64,000 bases of DNA from Torpedo marmorata (lineage: Eukaryota). The notes under the pieces were generated by a model. The model did not search any database. It worked only from the letters and a program-made list of their open reading frames with translations, and was not told the origin of the DNA. The stretch lies in assembly GCA_977017645.1 (NCBI GenBank), contig OZ360219.1, forward strand, positions 161,944,001-162,008,000, in the 5' to 3' direction. Numbering within the stretch: position 1 is the first letter of the stretch; every line of letters starts with the position of its first letter. The position numbers were made by a program, and so were the translations under genes. Positions 23,346-34,989 of the stretch are shown here, one piece after another.

Positions 23346-23359
23346 TGGTCACCCCGACG
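23346..23359 (+). other. Primer binding site, tRNA-Trp type
   Basis: TGGTCACCCCGACG versus the tRNA-Trp PBS TGGTGACCCCGACG known from avian sarcoma-leukosis viruses (1 mismatch). Confidence 0.8.
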
Positions 23360-23398
23360 CTCCAGACGGCATCTGGAGTTAAAGAAGCAGCATCGACC

Positions 23399-24076
23399 AT
23401 GAGTTCCAGCGCAGTCTCACTGAAGCTCCCGACTTTCTGGTCCACACAGCCCCACGTATGGTTCGAGCAGGCCGAGGCCCAGTACAACATCAGGGACATC
23501 ACAGCCGATGCCACGAGGAACTACTACGTGGTCAGTGCACTTGACCAGGAGACGGCAGGCCAGATCATTGACTTCCTCCATCAACCCCCTACAGAGGACA
23601 GGTACATTAAGGTAAAGGCGCTCCTGCTCAAAACTTTCGGCCTCTCCCGCCGCAAACGGGCCGCACGGCTCCTCCAGATGGATGGCCCGGGCAATCGCAC
23701 ACCGTTCGAGCTAATGAACGACATGCTGGCACTCATGGACGGCCATAAGCCATGTTTTCTATTCGAACAGCTGTTCCTCCAGCAGATGCCCAAGGACATT
23801 CGCCTCCTGCTCGCAAGTAAGGATTTCAGCGATCCTCGCAAGGTCGCAGCCAAAGCAGATGTCCGTTGGCAGAGTAGGCAATGGAGAGCCACCTCCCTGG
23901 GCCTTGCTGCAATCGCTCCCCCCAAAACCCCGACCCCAAAACCGCCAAAGTCCACAGGGGACAAAGATGATGGTTCAGACCTATGGTGTTTCTACCACCA
24001 AAGATGGGGCCACGGCGCACGCCACTGCCGTCCACCATGTGCGTTTCCGGGAAAAGCCGGGGCCAGCCGTCGCTAA
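23399..24076 (+). CDS. Gypsy Gag (open frame)
   Basis: MSSSAVSLKLPTFWSTQPHVWFEQAEAQ...; C-terminal CFYHQRWGHGARHCRPPC knuckle. Confidence 0.85.
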   Translation: MSSSAVSLKLPTFWSTQPHVWFEQAEAQYNIRDITADATRNYYVVSALDQETAGQIIDFLHQPPTEDRYIKVKALLLKTFGLSRRKRAARLLQMDGPGNRTPFELMNDMLALMDGHKPCFLFEQLFLQQMPKDIRLLLASKDFSDPRKVAAKADVRWQSRQWRATSLGLAAIAPPKTPTPKPPKSTGDKDDGSDLWCFYHQRWGHGARHCRPPCAFPGKAGASRR

Positions 24077-27000
24077 TGGCCACGACAGCTGGCCACCGAG
24101 ACTGCCTATTGCACATTTGGGACTGGAACTCCAGGCGGCGTTTCCTAGTAGATAACGGAGCTGAAATCAGCGTCCTCCCATCCTCGAACATGGACACACC
24201 TCCAGGCCCGAAGCTGACTGCCGCGAATGGCACAACCATCTGCACTTTTGTCAAACGGACCATTCCACTAGATTTCGGGTCCACTCGTTTCACTTGGACT
24301 TTTACGGTGGCAGCGGGTTCACAGCCATTACTCGGAGCAGATTTTTTACGGGCCAAAGGTTTCCTGGTCGACCTGAAAGGCTGAAGGTTAGTCCACGCGG
24401 AGACGTTCCAAACGCTCCAGCTCGGCGAGGCCAACCTTCCAGCCCGCCATTTGGACACCGTGAAGCTCTCCGGAAACTAATTCACCAGGGCTTTGGCAGA
24501 TTTCCCCTCCATCGTTACCCCGTAGTTCTCCACCACCATCCTTAAACATGGCGTGCAGCACCACATCTCTACAACAGGTCCGCCTCTACACGCCCGAGCT
24601 CGCAGGCTCCCACCCGACAAGCTACCCCTGGCCAAAGAGGAATTCTGCAAGATGGAGGAAATGGGGATCATCCACTGCTCAGTCAGCCCGTGGGCATCCC
24701 CGCTGCACATGGTGCCCACGTCTGCAGGAGGATGGAGGCCCTGCGGTGACTATAGAAGGTTGAACGATGCCACGACCGCCGACAGGTACCCGATACCCCA
24801 CATCCAGGATTTTACAGTGAACCTGCACGGAGCCACCATCTTCTCTAAGGTCGACCTTGTCCGGGGATACCACCAGATCCCAGTGCACTCCGATGACGTT
24901 CCAAAGACGGCCCTCATCACTCCGTTCAGCCTTTGAGTTCCTGAGGATGCCATTCGGCCTGAAAAACGCGGCACAGACTTTCCAAAGGCTCATGGACTCG
25001 GTAGGACGTGGCCTAGATTTCGCTTTCATCTACTTGGATGACATCCTGGTGGCAAGCAGCTTACGCCAGGAGAACGCTGCACACTTGCGCCAACTCTGCC
25101 GACGCCTGAGCGACTTCGGGTTAGCAATTAACCCAGCAAAGTGCCAGTTCGGGCGGACGGAAATTGATTTATTAGGCCATAGAGTTAACCAAGACGGCGC
25201 ATTTCCTCTGCCAGACAAGGTCCAGGCCATTCACCAGTTCCCGAAGCCCACCACAGTGAAAGGCCTGCAGGAATTCGTGGGTATGGTCAACTTCTATCAC
25301 CGTTTCGTTCCGGCGGCAGCACACATAATGAGGCCTTTGTTCACCCTGATGGCAGGCAAGTCCAAAGACATCACTTGGGACACGGCGTCAAACAAAGCTT
25401 TTGAGCAGGCCAAGGAGGCGCTGGCAAATGCTACCCTTTTAGCGCACCCGAGGGCCGAAGCCCCCATGGCACTTACGGTCGTCGTATCTGACACGGCCAT
25501 AGGGGGAGTCCTCAAAGAGCTCGTCAAGGGTCACTGGCGACCACTCGCCTTTTTCAGCCGGCACCTGCGACCGCCAGAGGTAAAATACAGTGCTTTTGAC
25601 AGAGAGCTTCTGGCACTCTACCTGGCCATCCGACATTTCCGGTACTTCCTGGAGGGGAGAGAGTTCACTGCCTACACGGACCACAAGCCCCTCACCTACG
25701 CACTGGCTAAAGTCTCAGACCCATGGTCAGCCCGGCAACAGAGGCACCTGTCGTTCATCTCAGAGTTCACTTCCGACGTCCGCCACATTGCAGGGAAGAA
25801 CAACGTCGTCGCCGACGCACTGTCTCGCCCCACACTCCTCTCGGTGGGCACCTCGTCCTCGGGCATTGACTACACAGCACTAGCGGCGGCACAGCAGGCA
25901 GACACTGAAATGCCGGCCTATCGCACCATCATCTCAGGCCTCCAGGTACAGGACGTCCCTTTCGGCCCAGCAGCAGACTGGCTCCTTTACGACGTTTCCA
26001 CAGACAGGCCCAGACCAGTGGTTCCAGCAGCATGGAGACGCCGGGTGTTCGATACTCTGCACAACCTGTCCCATCCATCCATCCGAGCGTCCATTAAACT
26101 TGTGGCAGACAGATTTGTCTGGCACGGATTGCGCAAGCAAGTGGGACACTGGGCCAGAACCTGCGTTCACTGCCAAGCCTCCAAGGTACAGCGACATGTT
26201 AAGGCCCCGCTCCAGCAGTTCCAGCTGCCAGACAGGAGGTTCCAATACGTCCATGTAGACATTGTCGGTCCACTGCCAGTCTCCCGGGGCTATAGGTACC
26301 TGTTTACCATGGTGGACCGGTTCACCAGGTGGCCAGAAGCAGTCCCGCTCACAGAAGCCTCCATGGAGGCTTGTGCCAGAGCACTGATCGCCAACTGGGT
26401 CGCCAGGTTCGGTCTACCCACGGACATCACTTCGGACAGAGGGGCGCAGTTCACTACGACTTTGTGGACAGCATTGGCACAACTCCTGGGCACACAACTG
26501 CATCACACCACGGCGTACCACCCCCAGTCCAATGGCCTGATAGAACGTATCCACCGCCACCTCAAGTCGGCACTGATGGCTCGCCTGAAAGGCCCCACCT
26601 GGTCAGATGAGCTTCCCTGGGTCCTGCTGGGCATTCGGACCGCCCCTAAAGAGGACTTGAGTTCTTCCTCCGCGGAGTTAGTTTATGGCGCCCCCCGATG
26701 GTACCAGGCAAATTCATTCCAGAGGCCAGCAGTACGGAAGAGACTCCAGCTGCGGTGTTGACGAGACTGCGGGACAAGGTAGGGACCCTTGCACCGGTCC
26801 CAACCTCCAAACATGGTCCAACACCATCTTTCACCCCCAAGGACCTGCAAGACTGTGAGTATGTCTTTATTTGCAGGGGCACACACAGGTCACCTCTGAA
26901 GCGACTGTACGATGGACCGTTCAAGGTGATCCAGAGGAATGGAACCACGTGCATTGTGGAGGTGGGTGACCGGCAAGAGACTTTTACAATAGACCGCCTG

Positions 27001-27120
27001 AAACCGGCACACTTGGACATCGACCAGCTGGTAAGTGTGCCCACACCACGACGGCGAGGCCGGCCACCGAAGCAAGGCACACAGGATGGGGGCTCCAGGT
27101 CCCTGATGGACGTTTCTGGG
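24076..27120 (+). pseudogene. Gypsy pol (PR-RT-RH-IN) with stops and frameshifts
   Basis: FLVDNGAEIS, YLDDILV, RELLALY, HVDIVGP, SDRGAQF, HPQSNGLIER, GPFKV. Stops at ~24382 and ~24478; frameshifts at ~24930 and ~26695. Confidence 0.93.
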
Positions 27121-27130
27121 GGGGGGGTGG

Positions 27131-27335
27131 TGCAGCGGCACGCACTCGCGGGTCTCGAACCTCCATCGGACACAACGGGGCGTCCAGAACGACGCGCTCG
27201 AGGCGGGACTTCTGGAAAGAGTGCTGATGTCACTTCCGCCCCGGGAATAGTTCAGTATTTTGAATCCAGTAAAGACTCCATGATTGAACTCCACAGTCTC
27301 TCCGTCTTTAATCAATAGCGCGCCGTAGCGCGACA
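27131..27335 (+). repeat. 3' LTR of Gypsy B
   Basis: Direct repeat of 23137-23344. Confidence 0.95.
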
Positions 27336-28347
27336 AGTTTACCATTTTCAAGTAGGAAAATTAGAAATGTACCTCCCTGCTCTGAAATGTAATCCCTCTC
27401 ACAACAAAGGCTAACATCTCATTTGCCTGCTGCATCTGCAAACTAGTTTTGTGACTCATGTAAAAACACTCCCAGATTTATCTAATTAACATCACACTGC
27501 AATTTTTTACCATTTAAATAATAGTCTGATTTACTATTTTTCCTTCCAAAGTGGATGACCTCACATTTATGGACTTTGCACTCCATCCGCCCGAACCTTT
27601 CCCACTCACTTAAACCATCTACGTATATGTCTCTGCAGACTCTGTATCCTCCACACAATTTGCTTTACCACTCAATGTAGTGTCATCAGCAAACATAGAT
27701 ACATTGCATTTGATTCCCTCCTCCAACTCATTTATGTATATTAACTCAATCAGTAGCATGCATGCAACTTCATCATTTGGCACTCTTTTCTCAAGTACAT
27801 CTGAAGTTTCTCCAGACATGCTATTCTATACTTCTTATCAAACCAGGTTTAAAAGAGTGAGTTGATATGTCATGCATGGTGTTACAGGTCGTGGTGGAAT
27901 CCAATTCTGCTGCTGTCGATGGCCCACAATTCCTCACAGAGAACTAGTGTTCTACATAGATTTAAAGAGATTCTTATCTACCACAAAATAGTCTCGCATT
28001 TCATGCATTTTTAGATCACCTTACTGGAAGCAGAATGAAAGAAATGAAAATTCCAATTTTTAAAATAAAATATAGTAATATCAGAAGCACTACTGTACAA
28101 TGAGTGGAGACAAATCTTCACAATGCTTGCTATAAGACTCCCCATGAAGTCCAATAATAGGGACCAATATTCCTGAGATCTTGCGATCCAAAATTTATTG
28201 ATTTCAGTTGGATTCTATGTCTTGGAAGATAAAGGAGGAAGGCATTTTCCCTTTTAATGATTTGGATTTAGTTTAATGACTTTAATTCAAAACCATTTTG
28301 GTTATTTTGTTATTTCTTTTTTAACATGTTATTTAGTGCCTTTGAAT

Positions 28348-28807
28348 GAGGGGATGTATTGAGAGTATTCTGAGCAATTGCATCACCGCTTGGTTTGGTA
28401 ACTGTACCACCTCGGACCGAAAGACCCTGCAGAGGATAGTGAGTTCAGCGGAGAAAATTATTGGAGTCTCTCTCCCCACTATGACAGACGTCTGCAACAC
28501 ACGATGCATGAGGAAGGCTAAAAACATTGTGAAGGACTACTCACACCCCTTTGGTAAACTGATTTCCCCTTTGCCATCTGGAGGGAGGTGCCGGGGCACT
28601 CGGGCTCGTACGTCCAGACTGTGCAACAGTTTTTTTCCCCCGGGCCATCGGGCTCCTCAATTCCAAGACATATATGTGTATTAGCATGTTATAGTTTTTT
28701 CTATTGTATTATGATATTTATGTACATCTGCCCATGGTCCTGGAGAAACACTATCTCGTCTTACTGTGTATATGGTAATGAACGACAAATAAAGATGACT
28801 TGACTTG
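28348..28807 (+). mobile_element. Rex1/Babar-like LINE 3' fragment
   Basis: RGCIESILSNCITAWFGNC...LPSGGR...RLCNSFFP and a (TGACT)n tail that abuts the BEL 5' LTR. Same subfamily as 63521-63917. Confidence 0.8.
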
Positions 28808-29348
28808 AAGAGCCATAGGCTTGGTTATTTACCTTCATCGCAGCGTTCCGATGGTCCCAGCGGGTTTCGGAGGAGTCATGGAGATTAGTAGGCCGTGCTA
28901 GGCCTATTGAGTACTCTGCGCATGCGCGGGAGTGCCGATGGGCGCATGCGCAGTGGGGAAGTGGCTGGAGCAGGCGCGGTGGAGTATGCACGGTGAAGCA
29001 TGCGCAGTGGAGCATGCGCGTGAATCAGCAAAAGAAGTATTATAAGAATATGGTGACTTAGAGAAAGGTGAGTGAGATCGCCATAGCTTTCATTGACCGT
29101 TTAAAGGAGCGTTAGAAAGAATTGTTGTAAAGGAACGTTTTAAAGGAATCGTTATTAAGCATCATTATGAAGAATTGTTTATATTTTGTTAAAGAAGATA
29201 TTTCAGTCATTGAAGATTGCTACAAGTCATCGTGTGTAAATAAAGTTTTTGAACCTATTGGACTTGTTAGTAAATTAATTGAAACGCGTCAAGAACAGAT
29301 ATCTCACCTAGCCTCCAAGTGACTATTTGTTGGATTGAAGTCACTATA
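28806..29348 (+). repeat. 5' LTR of BEL element
   Basis: Aligns with 35957-36472 apart from a ~27-bp extra repeat near 28990-29020. Its first bases are obscured by the Rex tail. Confidence 0.92.
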
Positions 29349-30320
29349 TTTTAGTCAATGAAATTTTATTGTTTGGAACAGAAAATTGAAGGAAAGAAGA
29401 TAGAATAATCTCTCTGTGCTTTGGACTGATATTTAAATTAAAATGGTGGCCATCTTGGAGATGCCTTGAGTTAGGGGCAGTTTGTAATCCACATCCATCT
29501 GCCATGAGTAACAGCCAGAGAGGGATTTAGAGCTTCAAATCTTATAGTAAAGTGTCCTATAAATACGTTGGAGAAACTATTTCTTAAAAATCAGTGATAT
29601 TATTGACGGATGCTGCGGTGGAAACTCGTTTGTGAATAGCAGCACATTACAGCCATCTGAAGTGGTAGGCATACATCTGTGGACTCCTTCTGTGTATCTT
29701 TGGCAAGTTTGAACACAGTTTGGATTTGCTGCCGCTAGTCCATTGGGGACTGTTGATTTGGCTAGTGTTGTGCATGCTCGAAGGACGGTGGAACAAGACG
29801 AGTAAAATGGCCGCAGCTGACGCTGCTGTTGAGGAACAACATATTGAAGACATGAAGGTTGTGGATCTCAAAGAAGAATTGAAGTGACTGAAACTAGATA
29901 CAAGTGGAAATAAAAATGTTCTCATTGCAAGACTGAAGCTGGCAATGGAAGAACAGGCAGCTTCGGTTGATGGGAATGAAGAAATTGCAAACTCATTGCT
30001 GTCTTCATGTTCAGTCATTGTCTTTTGCAATGTGGAAATGGCTGAAAATGTGTCACTAAATGATGAAGAGGATGAAGATACAAAGGATGTACAATTAGAA
30101 TTGGAGAAAGAGGTAAGTCAGAAGACAACATCTGATCTTCAGGATGAAATACAAGCATGTGACAGTGTCTCAAATGTTGAAAGCAGGAGAAGCAAACAAA
30201 GTTCTGGTTCAAGCTCCAGAGTTTCTCGTACTTCAAGTCCTGCATCGTCACGTACAAAGGTTGAAGTTGACTTGGCCACTCTTCTTGCGCAACAAAAAAC
30301 GCTTAAGGATAAACATATTT

Positions 30321-32361
30321 CATGTGTAATTCCAGAAAAAGAGAAAACTATATTTAATTGGAGATTTGATTCATCTTTATTGAAAAGGATAGATTCTTGT
30401 GAATATATGAGAAGGGAAATTCAAGAATTTTTGAGGATAAATGATCAATCAATTAATGATAAATTTATAATTTGGGAAACTTTAAAGGCTTATCTTAGAG
30501 GTTTAATAATAAGTTATTCGGCAAAAATTAAAAAAGATTATTTGAAAGAAGCAGAAAAATTAGAGAAAGAGATTGAGATTATGGAAAAAGATTTACAGAG
30601 AAATAAATCAATTCGTAAGAGAAATTGTTTAATGAGGAAAAAGTTACATTATAATTTATTACAAACGTATAAAACGGAAAAATTAATAGAAAGAATGAAA
30701 CAAAGATATTATGAATTAGGAGAAAAGGCTCATAAAGTTAAAGCATGGCAATTGATAAAGGAACAAGTTTCTAAAACTATAAATGCTATAAAGAAAAAAA
30801 ATACTGGTGAAATAACTTATAAACCCCAAGAAATAAATGAATCTTTTAAAGATTATTATCAGAATTTATATAGATCTCAGGTTGTTCAGGATGATTTGAA
30901 AATTAATAGATTCTTATCTAGAATTACTTTACCTAAATTAAATACTCAAAATAAAAATTTTTTAGTTTTACCTTTTACGATGAGAGAAGTTAATGAAATA
31001 TTATCGACGTTAAAAAGTGGTAAATCCCCTGGTGATGATGGATTTCCAGTAGAATTTTATAAAGAATTTAAAGATTTATTGATACGTCTATATATGGAAG
31101 TATTAAATCAGATTACGGAAACTCATTTATTACCAAAAACTTTTTTGAATGCTATTATTACAGTTATACCAAAGAAAGATAGAGATGTATTAAAAACTGA
31201 GTCATATAGACCTATTTCTTTATTAAATGTAGATTATAAGATTATGGCAAAAATTTTGGCTAATAGAATAGCTAAATATTTACCAAATTTGATACATTCA
31301 GATCAAGCGGGTTTTATTAAAAATAGATATTCTAAAGATAATATAGCTAGATTATTAAGTTTAATTAATTTTCATAAAAAGAAACAAGATTTACCATTGG
31401 TGGTAACGTTGGATGCAGAAAAGGCTTTTGATAGATTAGAATGGAATTTTTTATTTAAGGTGTTAGAGAAATTTGGTTTTGGGAATACTTTTATAAATTG
31501 GATTAAAACTATATATAAGGAACCTACAGCTAAAGTAATTACAAATGGACAAATATCGTCAAAATTTTCTTTAACGCGTTCTACAAGACAGGGTTGTCCT
31601 TTATCACCAGCTTTATTTGTTTTGGCAATAGAACCTTTAGCTGAATTGATTATGACAGATCCTAATATAGTAGGGATTAAAGTCGGTATGGAAGAGCATA
31701 AGATTTGTAAGAATGAAGTAGGTTCATTTGTTCATTCTACATGGTTATGTCCAAAGATTCAAGATTTTTGGCTTTAAGTTAAGAATTTTTTAGAGAGAGT
31801 TTTTAATGTTAGGTTTCCAATGGATCCTATGTTATTTCTATTTGGAGATATTAGAAAATTTAGTATTAGGAATAGATTGAATATGTATCAGGTAGAATTT
31901 TTGCGTAATGCTTTAGCTGTTTCAAAAAAATGTATTGCTATTACTTGGAAATCAGATTTAGATTTGAATTTAGATAGATGGCATGCAGAACTTCGTTCGT
32001 GTATTCCTTTGGAAAAAATTACTTATAATTTACGTAATAAATATCATTCTTTTTTAAAAATTTGGAGCCCATATATGAGAGTTATGGGTTTGAGGATTTG
32101 AAATTTTTGGAAATCAGATCTATTGGCGAGTTTAACCTCCAGATTAAAATTGGTTTTCAGATGGTTCTCTCCTCACTATTAATCTCTTTTCTTTTTCTTT
32201 TTTCTTTTTCTATTTTTAGAATAGTGGGGTTAGGGGGGTTAGGGAGGGGTGGGAGGGTGCGGGGGGAGGAAATTTATATCACTGTATTTTGGAAACTATA
32301 TATTTTGAATTATGTATTATGTGATTTAAAAAATTTAAATAAAAGAAAAAAAAGAAAAAAA
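30321..32361 (+). mobile_element. L1 LINE, 5'-truncated with ~1.3 kb internal deletion
   Basis: 16-bp TSD AAGGATAAACATATTT (30305-30320 and 32362-32377), TT|AA target, polyA tail. ORF2 motifs KSPGDDGF, YRPISLLN, DAEKAFD, TRQGCPLSP. Confidence 0.95.
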
Positions 32362-32389
32362 AAGGATAAACATATTTTAGAAGGACAGG

Positions 32390-32597
32390 GGGAGCAGCTA
32401 AGGCAAAAGGAGGAGCAGCTAAAGCGGCAGCTAAGGAAAAGGAGGAGCAGCTAAGGCAAGAGGAGGAGCAGCTAAGGCAAGAGGAGGAGCAGCTAAGGCA
32501 AGAGGAGGAGCAGCTAAGGCAAGAGGAGGAGCATCTAAGGCAGCAGCTAAGGCAGAACCAGGAGCAGCTAAGGCAGAAAAAGGAGCAGCAGGAGCTG
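32390..32597 (+). repeat. 21-bp coding minisatellite (EEQLRQE)n in BEL gag
   Basis: Unit GAGGAGCAGCTAAGGCAAGAG, ~9 perfect or degenerate copies. Confidence 0.92.
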
Positions 32598-34989
32598 GAA
32601 GCAAACATTACTATTGCCAGGGCCAGAAAAAAGGTACTAGAAGGCTCAATGGTATCTGGTGCTCGGAGTAAATTATCTAAAGTGTGCGATGATAAGAAGT
32701 TATATTTTAAAAAAGAGCCACAGGAAAAGAAACCAACCAAAAGGGTAGATATTTTAGTACCAAGGGTATAAGACTTCCAAAGACAAGGGCAAATCCTCCA
32801 AGAGCATGGTGTTATCGCGTCGCATGTACCAGTGGTAACATCCAAAGACAAAGCTGCGGCTTGGGTTCGGTCAAACAATGCAGCTCCCTTGGCATTCGAA
32901 TCAAGCATCAGAAATATGGGAGAAACTACACCAGTGAGGTTTCCAGATACATTACCTGTAATAAGAGGCAGTGAACAGAGCAATGTATTGTCATCCAAGG
33001 GAAGACAAAATGAAATTGCTGCATCATTGATTCAGTTACAGTCTCTGTCTTCTTTGCCCAAGAAAGAGATTCAAACTTTGATGGTGATCCACTTCAGTAC
33101 CAAGCGTTCATGAAATCTTTTAGACGCAATATTGAAAATAAATGCCAAGACCCTGATGAATGTCTTTATTATTTGGAAATGTTCACAAAGGGACAGCCAA
33201 GAGAACTTGTAAAGAGTTGTCAACATATGTCCTCAGAAAGAGGATTAGACAGAGCTAAGTCTTTACTAGAACAACATTTTGGCAACAAGCATCAAATTGC
33301 TTTAGCTTATATGGATAAAGCTCTTAAATGCACATCAATAAAACAGAATGATGTAAAGGCTCTACAAGCATATACTCTCTTTTTAAGAGGATGTTGTAAT
33401 GCCATGGAAGATATCGATAATATTCATGAGCTTGACGTGCCTGGTAATATGCGAATCATCTTAGATAAATTACCTTACAAGTTGTGGGATAGATGGAGAA
33501 ATTTGGCTTGTGATTTACAAGAAAATTATGGTCGAAGAGCTACCTTAAAGGATTTGGTAGATTTCCTTGAACAACAGGTGTACATTGAAACAGATCCAAT
33601 ATATGGAAATACCAGAGACAATTCAATGGGGAACAAAGATGTAAGGAGGTCTAACTCACAGCCTAGTCTGAAATTGAAAAGGAGTACCTTTGCTACTAAT
33701 GTTTCAGTTATAAATAAAGAAAAAGATAAAGTAAATAAGGAAAAGGAAAGTTTGCCTGATGAGAAGAGTTGTTTTTTCTGTAAAGGTGGACATGCTTTGG
33801 AAATGTGTTTACGGTTGGAAAAGAAGGAACATAATGAGAAGATCACTTTCTTAAAGGAAAATGGAGTATATTTTAGCAGCCTGTGTAAAGGGCACATCAG
33901 TAAAAACTGCGAGAAGCGAATTAACTGTAACATATGCAATTTGAAGCATCCTAGAATGCTGCGTATCTATCAAAGAAACAATGAATTGAAAAATGCGCAA
34001 ACAGAAACAAAGGAAACATCAGAAAACAATGTTATAACCTCGGTTCAGACAAGTGGTCTTACCGGGGCCAGTATGGATAACTGCAAACTTTCAATAATGC
34101 CTGTACAAGTCAAGACCAAGAAAGGGGATGCAACAGTAGATACATATGCTTTTCTTGACCCAGGCAGCACTGCATCTTTTTGCACGGTGGGATTAATGAA
34201 CAAATTTAATATTCAAGGAAGAAGGTCAAGAATTATATTGAAAACCATGGGGCAAGAAAAGGATTGTTTCAGGCTGAGAGGTTGCTGGATTGGATGACAA
34301 AGAATTGTGCGATCTTCCAAGTTTATATACTCAGAAGACTATGCCTGTGCACGAAGGAAACATTCCGCATCAAAATGATTTCCATCATTTGTCTTATCTG
34401 TGGAAGGTTTTTTTACCTGAAGTTAACTCTGAGATAGAAATGCTGATTGGTTCAGATGTACCAAAGGTTTTGGAACCACTAGAAGTAATACGGAGTAGAG
34501 GGAATGGACCTTACGCTGTTAGAACCAAGCTTGGTTGGACAATCAATGGACCATTGGAAAGAAATAATGATATTGCACAGGAACAGTTAGCAATAAATGT
34601 TAACAGAATTTTGGTTGTGAAATTTGATGAGTTAAGGGAAGAGCAAAAGATTGTAAATAAGAAAGTCACTTTTGAAGAAAAGAAAACAGATCAATGTGAA
34701 AATAAATCAAAAGCATTTAAAACAACATTGAATGAATTATTTTCATCAGAAATGGATGAAAATGAAGTATTAGAAGATGTTGCAAAGAATACTAGTGATT
34801 ATTCCTGTGTAAGTGAATCTGAGGCAGGAATAAAACAAGTGACTGAGAACAAATTTGAAAGTAGATTTTGTAGTTCAGAGGTTACAGCAGACAAAGTCAA
34901 TGAAGAAATGTTGCAACGTGATGTAAAACTGGAGAACACAGAAAATTGTGCTGTTGGAATAAAGAAGAATGCGAATGATAATTTAATGC

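Larger units (their letters stand above)
23137..27335 (+). mobile_element. Full-length Ty3/Gypsy LTR retrotransposon B, decayed
   Basis: Two ~205-208 bp LTRs, AGTT 4-bp TSD (23133-23136 and 27336-27339), PBS, gag, pol, and a G-run PPT at ~27118-27130. Confidence 0.97.
22655..27730 (-). mobile_element. Decayed CR1 split by Gypsy B (22655-23136 and 27336-27730)
   Basis: CR1 3' UTR on the minus strand at ~22655-22760. ELEEGIKCNVSMFADDTTL at ~27730-27660. Confidence 0.65.
29807..34630 (+). pseudogene. BEL SAP-gag-protease reading frame (interrupted by L1 at 30321-32361)
   Basis: ATG at 29807, SAP motif with one TGA (29885), Ser-rich linker, EEQLR coiled coil, capsid-like region, zinc knuckles at 33770-33950, aspartic protease at ~34140. 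Confidence 0.85.

Noticed and set aside
32279-32998. 239-aa Cys/Ser-rich minus-strand ORF
   Set aside because: Antisense reading of the 21-bp EEQLRQE repeat in BEL gag.
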